Shown piece by piece: positions 8,391-16,263 of a DNA stretch of 32,117 nt. A program made the translations under genes and the position numbers. Positions within the stretch are counted from its first letter, which is position 1. Each line of letters begins with the position of its first letter. Source of the stretch: a virus (taxonomy: Duplodnaviria; Caudoviricetes); the IMG/VR virus record IMGVR_UViG_3300046779_000644, positions 1 through 32,117 of that record; one strand, 5' to 3'. The notes beneath the pieces were generated by a model. That model was not told the DNA's origin. It made no database searches and saw only the letters and a list, made by a program, of their open reading frames with translations.

Positions 8391-8584
8391 AGATATCTCT
8401 TGCTTGATGCCATTTGATAGTCTCTAGCCAGGCGTTCAATGTCAGCAGTGTCTTGTGGATTCTTGCTGACGATATATTCTTCTAACTGAGAACCATATGA
8501 ATTAGATTCACTTGCCATTGCAATTAGCGGAGCTATAATACCAACCATGGCTAGTGCGCCAATTGTTAATAGAACACTAATCAT
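8387..8584 (-). CDS. membrane-anchored protein, DUF3563-like C-terminus
   Basis: N-terminal hydrophobic helix; EEYIVS..QDTADIERLARDY resembles DUF3563 pattern (recall, unverified). Confidence 0.6.
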   Translation of the reverse strand: MISVLLTIGALAMVGIIAPLIAMASESNSYGSQLEEYIVSKNPQDTADIERLARDYQMASSKRYL

Positions 8585-8585
8585 A

Positions 8586-8852
8586 TTACTTGGCTTTCTT
8601 GTTGAAAGCAGGAACCATAGCTTTAAACTGATCGCCCATTTCTGTATAGAAATCTTTGCTTGAGAAAATCAAACCCAAACTCATCATAGATTGCATTCCT
8701 GCATCTGCGGCTGATTTAGTGTATTTTGCTTGTGCATCAACGAAACCGTTTAATGCATTTTTGATGCCTTCGTGTTGAACTGTTTGTTCTACGAATTTCT
8801 TTTTGAAGTCGGAAACGCCATCGATAAAGGCGTAAGTTGCTGTGTTAAACAT
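8586..8852 (-). CDS. phasin-like protein
   Basis: AGGAG SD; helical Ala-rich, FIDGV..FKKKFV...FVDAQAKYTK pattern seen in phasin-like phage proteins; function is inference. Confidence 0.55.
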   Translation of the reverse strand: MFNTATYAFIDGVSDFKKKFVEQTVQHEGIKNALNGFVDAQAKYTKSAADAGMQSMMSLGLIFSSKDFYTEMGDQFKAMVPAFNKKAK

Positions 8853-8917
8853 TTTATATCTCCTATGTGTATGTGTTTAAATGTGTGCCCTTTTATGAAG
8901 AGGACTAACTTCACAAG

Positions 8918-8924
8918 TATTTAT
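8918..8924 (-). promoter_or_regulatory. T4-late-like promoter core
   Basis: ATAAATA followed by CTTGTG, identical 13-mer to the element at 31037-31049. Confidence 0.55.
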
Positions 8925-8938
8925 TACCTGTAGAGTAA

Positions 8939-9187
8939 TTATAACATAATTTCTCTATATTTTTGTAGAGCTTGGCCTCTAATCTCAGCCAACCTTTTTG
9001 TGATTCTTTCGGGCAATTCCGTGTCATCATCCCAAAGATTAGTGTGGACTAGTCTAGGACGACTATAACTACGATGGTAGTCTAATTCAACTATATCGTA
9101 GTTATCGTCATCATCTACTTCACTTAGCTGGCTTGGCTTCTGGCTTAGCAGTTGTTGCTGGAGCCGCTTCTGTCTTGGCAGGGGCAC
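8939..9187 (-). CDS. acidic hypothetical protein (start uncertain)
   Basis: ORF track; GTG start overlaps upstream gene by 68 nt, no close SD. Confidence 0.5.
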   Translation of the reverse strand: MPLPRQKRLQQQLLSQKPSQLSEVDDDDNYDIVELDYHRSYSRPRLVHTNLWDDDTELPERITKRLAEIRGQALQKYREIML

Positions 9188-9377
9188 TTTTAGTGTCTGC
9201 TTTTTTGTCTTCCTTCTTCTTAGCCAACTTCATTTCTTCTTTTGGCGCTTCTGCCTTAGCAGGTGCAGCCGGTGCTGTAGCTGCCGGAGCAGGTGTGGCT
9301 GGCTTAGTAGCAGGGGCCTGTGCCATTGCTGTTGCTACTGACAATGTAGCGATAAGGGCGATTGCTAATGATTTCAT
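9120..9377 (-). CDS. secreted Ala/Pro/Lys-rich low-complexity protein
   Basis: Sec signal MKSLAIALIATLSVATAMA; PAxK repeats; AAAGGA SD. Confidence 0.85.
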   Translation of the reverse strand: MKSLAIALIATLSVATAMAQAPATKPATPAPAATAPAAPAKAEAPKEEMKLAKKKEDKKADTKSAPAKTEAAPATTAKPEAKPAK

Positions 9378-9473
9378 TTTAAGTTTCCTTTATGTTAATG
9401 AAGTAGAATTTATTGTCTACATATATATAACGCGGTAGCTACTGTTTTTGTTGACAAGTTCTTACCCGTTTTA

Positions 9474-9480
9474 ATAAATA
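9474..9480 (+). promoter_or_regulatory. late-promoter-like ATAAATA (with TTGACA at 9451-9456)
   Basis: ATAAATA ends 4 nt before ATG 9485; no SD. Confidence 0.55.
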
Positions 9481-9484
9481 CTAT

Positions 9485-9976
9485 ATGTTCTATATATCTT
9501 ATCAGGGAATCTATGATGGTACGGATTATCAAGATTCTAATACACCTTCACAAATAAACAAAGCACTGGGTGCTGGATTTTCCTGCCTAGTTGATGTATG
9601 GAGGATAGATAACAAGCTATATGTAGGGACAGACTTAGATCCCATTGAAGTAACCGAACGATATTTACAAGGACCTAGATTTTGGATTAATGCAAAAAAT
9701 ACTGCAATGCAAGATTGGTTAGAAACACAATCTAGTACGCTATATCCAAACTATTTCTCATTTGAAGCATCTACACCTCCACCGGCATATGCTACTGCTA
9801 GTAACGGTAAATTGATTACTCCGGGGACAGTACCTATCAACAATAATAGTGTCATATTTTTACCTGAGATAAATGACCGTAGTTTATTCAGTACCGTTAA
9901 ACTACGATGCTACGCAGTATGTAGCACCTATTTGTTTACTATTAGAAGAATGCGCAACGAAGGTGTTTGGTATTAA
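9485..9976 (+). CDS. PLC-like/GDPD phosphodiesterase homolog with degenerate catalytic residues
   Basis: ISYQG..NTP..I.KAL.AGF..LVDVW..LYVGTD matches the SHRG..NT..GY.VEIDVW..GHD layout. Confidence 0.65.
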   Translation: MFYISYQGIYDGTDYQDSNTPSQINKALGAGFSCLVDVWRIDNKLYVGTDLDPIEVTERYLQGPRFWINAKNTAMQDWLETQSSTLYPNYFSFEASTPPPAYATASNGKLITPGTVPINNNSVIFLPEINDRSLFSTVKLRCYAVCSTYLFTIRRMRNEGVWY

Positions 9977-10149
9977 CCACCGCGACCAGTTCTACGAACA
10001 ACGCTTGCACCACCAAAACCCTTACTAGGCTTAGGTGCTTTAGCTTTTTGAATTTGTGTAGCTTTTTCCGGCGCTAGTTTCATATCACGGGCTTTTGCTT
10101 CTCTTGCCATATTAATAAACGGATTCTTGCTTTTCTTTTCTTCTGTCAT
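9973..10149 (-). CDS. 58-aa basic hypothetical protein
   Basis: MTEEKKSKNPFINMAREAK...VVRRTGRGG*; ATGA overlap upstream. Confidence 0.7.
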   Translation of the reverse strand: MTEEKKSKNPFINMAREAKARDMKLAPEKATQIQKAKAPKPSKGFGGASVVRRTGRGG

Positions 10150-10553
10150 CTGGTTACCTTTATTGAATCTAAGTATTCATTCACATTTCCATATAGACTT
10201 ACCATCATAGCTATTTTGCTATCATAGAATCTAATATAGGGTTTGTTTTTCTTTCCGTCTTTATTTACCCCCATGAAGTAGGGGCATTTGATTTTTTTGT
10301 TGAGTTCCATAACCCATTGATGATATGAGTTAATTGGTTTGGATGTAAGTTCATATTGATAGAATTCTATCTCTGCCATTCTGAATGCCAGATCACCGTA
10401 ATCAGTTAATCGCAAGCCTTCTCCTCTACCAGTTTGCCACCATTTGAATAGTAAGCTATCAACTGTAGATTCTCGCTCCTCACGCAATTCGTCAGGCAGT
10501 TCTTTTGCAACTGCTTCTGTGATTATTTGTTTTAATGATTTTCTGTCACTCAT
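10146..10553 (-). CDS. hypothetical phage protein
   Basis: Start MSDRKS; GLRLTDYG, KCPYF motifs. Confidence 0.8.
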   Translation of the reverse strand: MSDRKSLKQIITEAVAKELPDELREERESTVDSLLFKWWQTGRGEGLRLTDYGDLAFRMAEIEFYQYELTSKPINSYHQWVMELNKKIKCPYFMGVNKDGKKNKPYIRFYDSKIAMMVSLYGNVNEYLDSIKVTR

Positions 10554-10839
10554 CTGGATAAACACATGTGCCTTGATTCATAAAGACAACAGTAAATTTG
10601 TCTGTTTTGAATTGCGCATTGAGTTTACGGCATAGGTTTCTTGCATGTCCTGGATTACTGAAACTAGTCTTTTTGTATTTAGGTGTAGCGTCAGGATCTT
10701 GATAATGCTGTGATTTTAGATTGATTGGCTGGTTCTCATAAAACACTGCCCATATGCCTGCGGCTTCAACGATCTGGTCGCATTTATATGTAACTTTATC
10801 TACAATCTCTAATAATAATTTAGGTTGTGTTCTACTCAT
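10546..10839 (-). CDS. hypothetical phage protein
   Basis: IWAVFY..PINLK..KYKKTSFSNPGHA. Confidence 0.85.
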   Translation of the reverse strand: MSRTQPKLLLEIVDKVTYKCDQIVEAAGIWAVFYENQPINLKSQHYQDPDATPKYKKTSFSNPGHARNLCRKLNAQFKTDKFTVVFMNQGTCVYPDE

Positions 10840-11046
10840 TTACCATTTACCACCATTGACTTCTACTTGTATAACAGTATCATCAATGGATTCCTTTTTG
10901 TTGTTTAATAAGTCGTAATTATCAGATAAGAGTTTTGCTATCTCATCACGCAACATTCTTGCTTCTTCCATAGGCAAAATCACATTTGATCCGACTTTGC
11001 TCTCACTAGCGGAAACTCTATCAATAAAACGCTTTATTATAATCAT
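10840..11046 (-). CDS. hypothetical protein
   Basis: ORF track; abuts both neighbours. Confidence 0.75.
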   Translation of the reverse strand: MIIIKRFIDRVSASESKVGSNVILPMEEARMLRDEIAKLLSDNYDLLNNKKESIDDTVIQVEVNGGKW

Positions 11047-11504
11047 ATACTATTTAGCACATTTTTTACTTCGGTTTCAGTTTTATAGGGACCTGTGAAC
11101 TCATAACGCTGAATAAAGATATATTTAGGACAAAAAACTGTTTTATTTTCTGATCCTTGTTTAACTGTATACCATCCGGCAGCATAATAACATTTGCTCT
11201 TAGGAGTCTTTGTGAATAAATGCAACTTACGCTTCACATCTAACATGCTGTTATATACTTTACTTGTAGTGGGATATTCACTAAAAGGAGTTTCATGCTT
11301 TGTTTTAAACTTACTAACATTCTCAAACTTAATGTTAGTGATACGCTCAATCGCTTTTGTGTTCTTAAAATGCGTCTTGTTGCCATTCAATTTAACTTCA
11401 AAGCCGGACCCGTCTGCTAAAACATTTCCTACTTTTTCGTCCCCGTCTGTTACAATCCAAAATTGATTTTTGACAACTGGTTTTGCAATTAGTGTTTTGT
11501 TCAT
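11043..11504 (-). CDS. hypothetical phage protein
   Basis: GAGGA SD; FWIV, YYAAGWY, FCPK motifs. Confidence 0.85.
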   Translation of the reverse strand: MNKTLIAKPVVKNQFWIVTDGDEKVGNVLADGSGFEVKLNGNKTHFKNTKAIERITNIKFENVSKFKTKHETPFSEYPTTSKVYNSMLDVKRKLHLFTKTPKSKCYYAAGWYTVKQGSENKTVFCPKYIFIQRYEFTGPYKTETEVKNVLNSI

Positions 11505-11547
11505 ATATTCCTCTGTATGTATAATAGTACACTATTTTGAATAATAA

Positions 11548-13068
11548 TCAAGTGTTTATGGATAACTTGGTTAATAAATTCTCTTTGTATTCTTTTATGT
11601 AACTGTCTTTCTTTGCTGATATTTGATTCCATTCAACATCTTTGTATTTCACATTTGTAATGTAATCATCATCAAACCCTAAATTCTTTAACGAAAATCC
11701 TATTTGACCCGGTAAATATAATCTGCTACTATTTTGCGCGGTAGTATTAAATTCTTCAGCCAATTCACTTGCAATTGCATGGTCCAAATATTCATTACTC
11801 CAATTAATCTTAGGTGAATTGGGGTTAGTATTTATTTCAGTGTAACCATAATCTTTAAAATTTTTACCCAATTCACTATTGAAAGGTACTGCTTCATTTT
11901 TATATAGATTCAGTCCATGAAAGATAAAAGTATGCAATGGTATAGTCTCATCCATTAATTGATTAAATGTCTGACGCATTGAACTTATGTTTTCTTCAGG
12001 TAATCCTAAAATAAAACTACCATGCATTGTTACTTGATTACCATAGCGTTCTCTAATTTGTCTAATGGTACTAATCTGTTTAGCTCTATCAAACCCCTTA
12101 CCGATTATTAATCCGGTTCGTTTGTTCAATGTCTCTATACCAAAGTAAATGCCACGCAAACCTATGTCATATAGTTTATCAATCAGGCCATTGTTCTGTG
12201 CTATTAAATCTAATCTAGTATAGGCCCAAAACTTAGGCTGGAATGTTAATCTATTAACTGTATCTTGTAGTATATCTAACTTGTAGGTGCTGTCATTAAA
12301 GGTATCATCAAGTATGTAGAAATTAGATACTCCATGCTTGTCATAACTAGATTGCATTTCTTCATATAAGATATCACTATCACGGATAAAATCTAAATTT
12401 TGTTTTCCGTTTAGTGGATAACTACAGAATTTACATTTAAATATACAACCACGAGCAATCTCTAATGGAAGTACTTTGGTATTAACTACATCTAAATCTT
12501 GCCATTCAAATTTACTGTTGACAAAATCGTAGCCTTCATTTTTTCTATTATCAACTATAGTCACACCGTATAGATTTTTATAACTATTGGGTATAGGAGT
12601 GTTTGATTTTAAATGATTAGCTATTGATAATATACTAACTTCCCCGTAACCAATAATACTGTAATCAATATTTTTATCATTGATATTAGCATGTGCTTTT
12701 GTTCCGCCTACAATAATTTTACAATTATAATGTCTGGACTTAATATGTGTGATAACTTGATTCTCAAAGTCAATACCTTGTGGCATCACACCTGATAGTA
12801 TTGAACTATATGTTAGTGATCCATCACTATTAACAGAGTTTAATGTGCTGTTAAAGAAGGTTGTAATGAACCCCACAAATAGTGTATTGATTGATATAGA
12901 TTTATCGATGACTTGTTTTATTTCATCTAATGTAAATGCATGTAGGTGATCTACGACTAAACAAGAATATCCTTGTTGTCGTAGAGTATTAGCAATCTTG
13001 TATGCTCCGATTGCTTTATAGATAGTTACTGTATCAGTTACATCAGTAAAAATTACTGCATCATACAT
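11548..13068 (-). CDS. radical SAM protein with N-terminal B12-binding-like domain
   Basis: EIARGCIFKCKFC (CX3CX2C), LDDTFN, FGIETLN, SFILGLP; N-terminal IIVGG and GYGE. Confidence 0.88.
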   Translation of the reverse strand: MYDAVIFTDVTDTVTIYKAIGAYKIANTLRQQGYSCLVVDHLHAFTLDEIKQVIDKSISINTLFVGFITTFFNSTLNSVNSDGSLTYSSILSGVMPQGIDFENQVITHIKSRHYNCKIIVGGTKAHANINDKNIDYSIIGYGEVSILSIANHLKSNTPIPNSYKNLYGVTIVDNRKNEGYDFVNSKFEWQDLDVVNTKVLPLEIARGCIFKCKFCSYPLNGKQNLDFIRDSDILYEEMQSSYDKHGVSNFYILDDTFNDSTYKLDILQDTVNRLTFQPKFWAYTRLDLIAQNNGLIDKLYDIGLRGIYFGIETLNKRTGLIIGKGFDRAKQISTIRQIRERYGNQVTMHGSFILGLPEENISSMRQTFNQLMDETIPLHTFIFHGLNLYKNEAVPFNSELGKNFKDYGYTEINTNPNSPKINWSNEYLDHAIASELAEEFNTTAQNSSRLYLPGQIGFSLKNLGFDDDYITNVKYKDVEWNQISAKKDSYIKEYKENLLTKLSINT

Positions 13069-13337
13069 TATTTCTTTTTCTTAGGTTCTTCGTCAAAGCT
13101 TACTAACCTTGTTACACCTTTGTGTTTAGTAAACAAATGATGTGTGTATTTACCATCAATCTTTAATGGCAAATCTAAATGTATATGTAGCATAGGACCT
13201 TGTAGGTCGCTAATAACTGTATCGTTGCCGACACTACCTACCCAACGAATCTTCCCATGCATACCGGTAACTCTAGCCATAAACTCAAACTTAGGCTTAT
13301 AACGATTCTTTTCAAAGTAATCAGCTAGACTTGTCAT
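13068..13337 (-). CDS. hypothetical protein
   Basis: ORF track; overlaps neighbours. Confidence 0.75.
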   Translation of the reverse strand: MTSLADYFEKNRYKPKFEFMARVTGMHGKIRWVGSVGNDTVISDLQGPMLHIHLDLPLKIDGKYTHHLFTKHKGVTRLVSFDEEPKKKK

Positions 13338-13521
13338 TTTTTATCTCTATAATAGGTGCGATATTATTGTCGTAAATCTGAGCCATTGTATTATACAATC
13401 CTTTGCGTTCTTCGGGAGTCATACCTGCAGTCCAGGGAGGATCACTGGGAAGTTTATTTAAACCGTAATCGTGTCGATATGTCATACACATATCATTAAT
13501 AATTTGTTCACGGGTTTTCAT
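13321..13521 (-). CDS. hypothetical protein
   Basis: MCMTYRHDYGL motif; overlaps neighbours. Confidence 0.75.
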   Translation of the reverse strand: MKTREQIINDMCMTYRHDYGLNKLPSDPPWTAGMTPEERKGLYNTMAQIYDNNIAPIIEIKNDKSS

Positions 13522-13972
13522 TACGGCCCCTTGTCAATTCACAAACTAATTGAAAGTGTTCATACGCTTTCTTTACTGCAGAATTAGTCATTAGTTTGTC
13601 AGCTTCTTCCTGCATAGCCTTAACACCTGCTTCTGCACAGTCACGCACACTAAGACCATATAAGGTACATAGTTCATCACCCATTTCTTTGGCTAACTTT
13701 TTCCATGCCTTTTGTTGTGCTTCTGTAATAGGAGTATTTTTTGGTCGTAGCTCACTGGCCTTGCTGATAGCCCGACAGATAGCATCTTCTGCTACTCTGC
13801 CTGCGGCAATCATCGCGGCATAGTTAGGATCAATATTGTACCTGCGACTACTACCTCCGGGATATACACAAACCAAGTGATTACCTTTTGAAAACGAATC
13901 CAACAATTCGCTATCATATTCTGCAACTGGAACATATTTTCTACCTTCTTTAATGTAATAAAGTTTTTTCAT
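13508..13972 (-). CDS. hypothetical phage protein
   Basis: 154-aa ORF, GRKYVPV...NIDPNYAAMIAA. Confidence 0.8.
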   Translation of the reverse strand: MKKLYYIKEGRKYVPVAEYDSELLDSFSKGNHLVCVYPGGSSRRYNIDPNYAAMIAAGRVAEDAICRAISKASELRPKNTPITEAQQKAWKKLAKEMGDELCTLYGLSVRDCAEAGVKAMQEEADKLMTNSAVKKAYEHFQLVCELTRGRNENP

Positions 13973-14211
13973 AGTTGAAACTTTTTGAGATAATTTTTAG
14001 CTACTGTCAAATCCTGTACTGCATCATAGTCAATCAACTCTGCTAGTAACAACATTCTAAGACGATACGCCAACAATCTTTCTTCACGGTTAAGACTCAT
14101 TAACCAATCTTCCATATCCTCAACGGTTTCGATACTCCACATTGTGTCAAGCATTTGAACTTCTTCAGGACTTAGACCATCGATATTGTATTCTCGTTCT
14201 TCATCGTTCAT
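13969..14211 (-). CDS. hypothetical protein
   Basis: AGGAG SD; ATGA overlap downstream. Confidence 0.75.
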   Translation of the reverse strand: MNDEEREYNIDGLSPEEVQMLDTMWSIETVEDMEDWLMSLNREERLLAYRLRMLLLAELIDYDAVQDLTVAKNYLKKFQL

Positions 14212-14212
14212 A

Positions 14213-14449
14213 TTAATCTCCTAGTTTTTCCCAAACATAGTCTGATTCTCTAACATATGCGACAGGCTGTAGCCAACCGTGATTGATACATTCCTGAATC
14301 AAACTTGCATAATTGTCAGGGCATCGTTGACTAATCTTAAAGGCAGCCCGTGACACTAATTTGATACCATCCGTCATTGTGAAGTCTGGGTCACCCTGTT
14401 TGATTTCTTTAAATTTTATACCAGTAGTATTGGTAGTGAATGTTGTCAT
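14213..14449 (-). CDS. hypothetical protein
   Basis: Start MTTFTT via ATGA overlap with small upstream ORF. Confidence 0.75.
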   Translation of the reverse strand: MTTFTTNTTGIKFKEIKQGDPDFTMTDGIKLVSRAAFKISQRCPDNYASLIQECINHGWLQPVAYVRESDYVWEKLGD

Positions 14450-14547
14450 ATAATACTCAACCAAAATATAAAAAGTGCTATCCACGGATGACCAGTCATA
14501 GCAACAAACATTGCTAGTATGGTTCCATAGAAAGGTTTATCATTCAT
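14446..14547 (-). CDS. 33-aa membrane peptide
   Basis: MNDKPFYGTILAMFVAMTGHPWIALFIFWLSII*; ATGA overlaps both sides. Confidence 0.6.
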   Translation of the reverse strand: MNDKPFYGTILAMFVAMTGHPWIALFIFWLSII

Positions 14548-14780
14548 TTCTTCAATTCTTCCCACATAATCTTTTTGGCACGTTCATCTAATTCTAAGTT
14601 CTGTTGCTTCAACATCAATGGAGCAAACGTTTCAACAAAATTCATTATAGCTTCTTTACCACCGTCATTGAAATGATTGTATTCACCCTTCTTACCAATA
14701 GTAGATTGATAATATGAATTTTTATCATTCAATACGGCAAGTATACCTGCATATAATTGCTTTTGTAAAACGTTACTCAT
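14544..14780 (-). CDS. hypothetical protein
   Basis: Start reassigned to MSNVLQ. Confidence 0.7.
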   Translation of the reverse strand: MSNVLQKQLYAGILAVLNDKNSYYQSTIGKKGEYNHFNDGGKEAIMNFVETFAPLMLKQQNLELDERAKKIMWEELKK

Positions 14781-15780
14781 ATAACGTGCCTTTATACGGA
14801 CTATTAAGCCACTTAGCATAAGTTTCAGCTTGCTCAGAGATTTTTGTAAGTTCATATTTTCCACAGAAACGCATAAAATGAATACCGACTTGAGGAGTAG
14901 TTGTCACACGCACACCTTCACGAATATTTGTATCAACTGATAGTTTGACTTCATCTGGCTGACAAGTCAAATCGATCAATACCCGATTGCGTTCATAATC
15001 ATCACGCACCCGATGTTCGACACCATTGTGATCGACCCAACGCTGAAGCATTATATTATTCCAATTAAAACCTTGTTTTGTTCTATCAGCATAAGCTTCC
15101 ATCAATCCAACTTTGTTCTTGCTACCTTTACTACGCACACCAGGATAAGCACTGAATACATTGTCAGTGCCGTCACCCCTCATACATTTCTCAAAAAGTA
15201 TATATTGAGGATCACCTAGCAATTTAGGTTCTTTAGTTTTCTTATCTTTAACTACACGACCACGGTCATCAAAATAACCCTCAAGTGTAATTAATTGACC
15301 TGTTACACCATTGTATTGTTTAACTTTATCAGTAATCAATTGGATGTAATCTGTGTCTGAACTGATAATAAAATGTTCATCACTGGGATGCAAGTGAATG
15401 AATCTTGCGATGAGATCGTCAGCTTCTGCCTTAGGATCACGCAACACTGATACATTAGTTTTCTCACGCAAGAATGTAGTAAACTTTTCGTAAGTGTCCC
15501 AAAACATTTTGTTTTCTTCGACTTCAGCCTCTGTTTGTGAAAGTGTATCAACTACACGATTTTTCTTATATGGCTCGTAATAGTCTTTGCGCCAACTACG
15601 ACCCTCTAAACAGAACACAACATGGTCGATGCCAAATTTGCGAACCATTTGATTGCATGATGCAAGTGTAAGATGTAGGGCCATGCCGATCTTTTCGTCA
15701 AGTGTGCTACTGCGTGAAGCAACGTGACGGGCACGGAAGAATGTATTAGCTGTGTCGATAAGTGCGTATTTGTATGTCAT
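14773..15780 (-). CDS. rnh: T4-type RNase H / 5'-3' flap exonuclease
   Basis: LID, WRK..Y..YK.NR, EADDLIA, SSDTDYIQL, GDGTDNV acidic motifs of the FEN/5'-3' exonuclease family. Confidence 0.92.
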   Translation of the reverse strand: MTYKYALIDTANTFFRARHVASRSSTLDEKIGMALHLTLASCNQMVRKFGIDHVVFCLEGRSWRKDYYEPYKKNRVVDTLSQTEAEVEENKMFWDTYEKFTTFLREKTNVSVLRDPKAEADDLIARFIHLHPSDEHFIISSDTDYIQLITDKVKQYNGVTGQLITLEGYFDDRGRVVKDKKTKEPKLLGDPQYILFEKCMRGDGTDNVFSAYPGVRSKGSKNKVGLMEAYADRTKQGFNWNNIMLQRWVDHNGVEHRVRDDYERNRVLIDLTCQPDEVKLSVDTNIREGVRVTTTPQVGIHFMRFCGKYELTKISEQAETYAKWLNSPYKGTLYE

Positions 15781-15786
15781 GTGTTT

Positions 15787-15815
15787 ATTATATACTACTA
15801 TTTAGATAAAGTCAA
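15787..15815 (-). promoter_or_regulatory. sigma70 promoter, predicted leaderless rnh mRNA
   Basis: TTGACT-17 bp-TATAAT then 6 nt then ATG. Confidence 0.75.
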
Positions 15816-15828
15816 ATGTTTTGGATTC

Positions 15829-16263
15829 TCAAATTGGTTCGCAAAAATGCAAATAATCTTCCCTAACATCTCTTACAAAAGAAGGATTGTATGGAATGGT
15901 ATCAATAAATTGTTTTTTAAGTCTAAGAACCATTAGCGAATCTTTTTTTATGTAGGATTCAATCGTATTACGCACAGTTTCAACTGTAATATGTGTATGT
16001 CGAGGATCAATAAATTCAAGTTTTTTTCTAAAATTACCTCGCTGATGTTTCAAATATGGATAATAATCCCTCTCATAATACATTGCTAGTTTATCAATTG
16101 GAAATTGAACAGCTGGATTTGCAAAATATACATAGTTGGGTAATTGATACCCTCCACCTTGATTGTATTGACTCCTCCCCCATCGCTTTCTAATGTCATA
16201 TGTTTGTCCAGCCTTAACCATGTTATCATAATATCCAATATAGAAAATATCTTGAACTTTCAT
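15829..16263 (-). CDS. possible GIY-YIG/T5orf172-like nuclease
   Basis: N-terminal FYIG...VKAGQT..IRKR pattern; weak. Confidence 0.5.
   Translation of the reverse strand: MKVQDIFYIGYYDNMVKAGQTYDIRKRWGRSQYNQGGGYQLPNYVYFANPAVQFPIDKLAMYYERDYYPYLKHQRGNFRKKLEFIDPRHTHITVETVRNTIESYIKKDSLMVLRLKKQFIDTIPYNPSFVRDVREDYLHFCEPI

Noticed and set aside
9200-9215. AAAAAAG as a canonical -1 frameshift site
   Set aside because: Heptamer is not in the reading frame of the upstream gene, and the downstream ORF needs +1, not -1
9133-9438. Ala/Gly-rich plus-strand ORF as a membrane protein
   Set aside because: Antisense mirror of the Ala/Pro/Lys-rich secreted gene, which has the SD and signal peptide
11524-11551. 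Promoter TTGATT-16-TACTAT before 11504
   Set aside because: Weak match with short spacer in AT-rich DNA; cannot be supported
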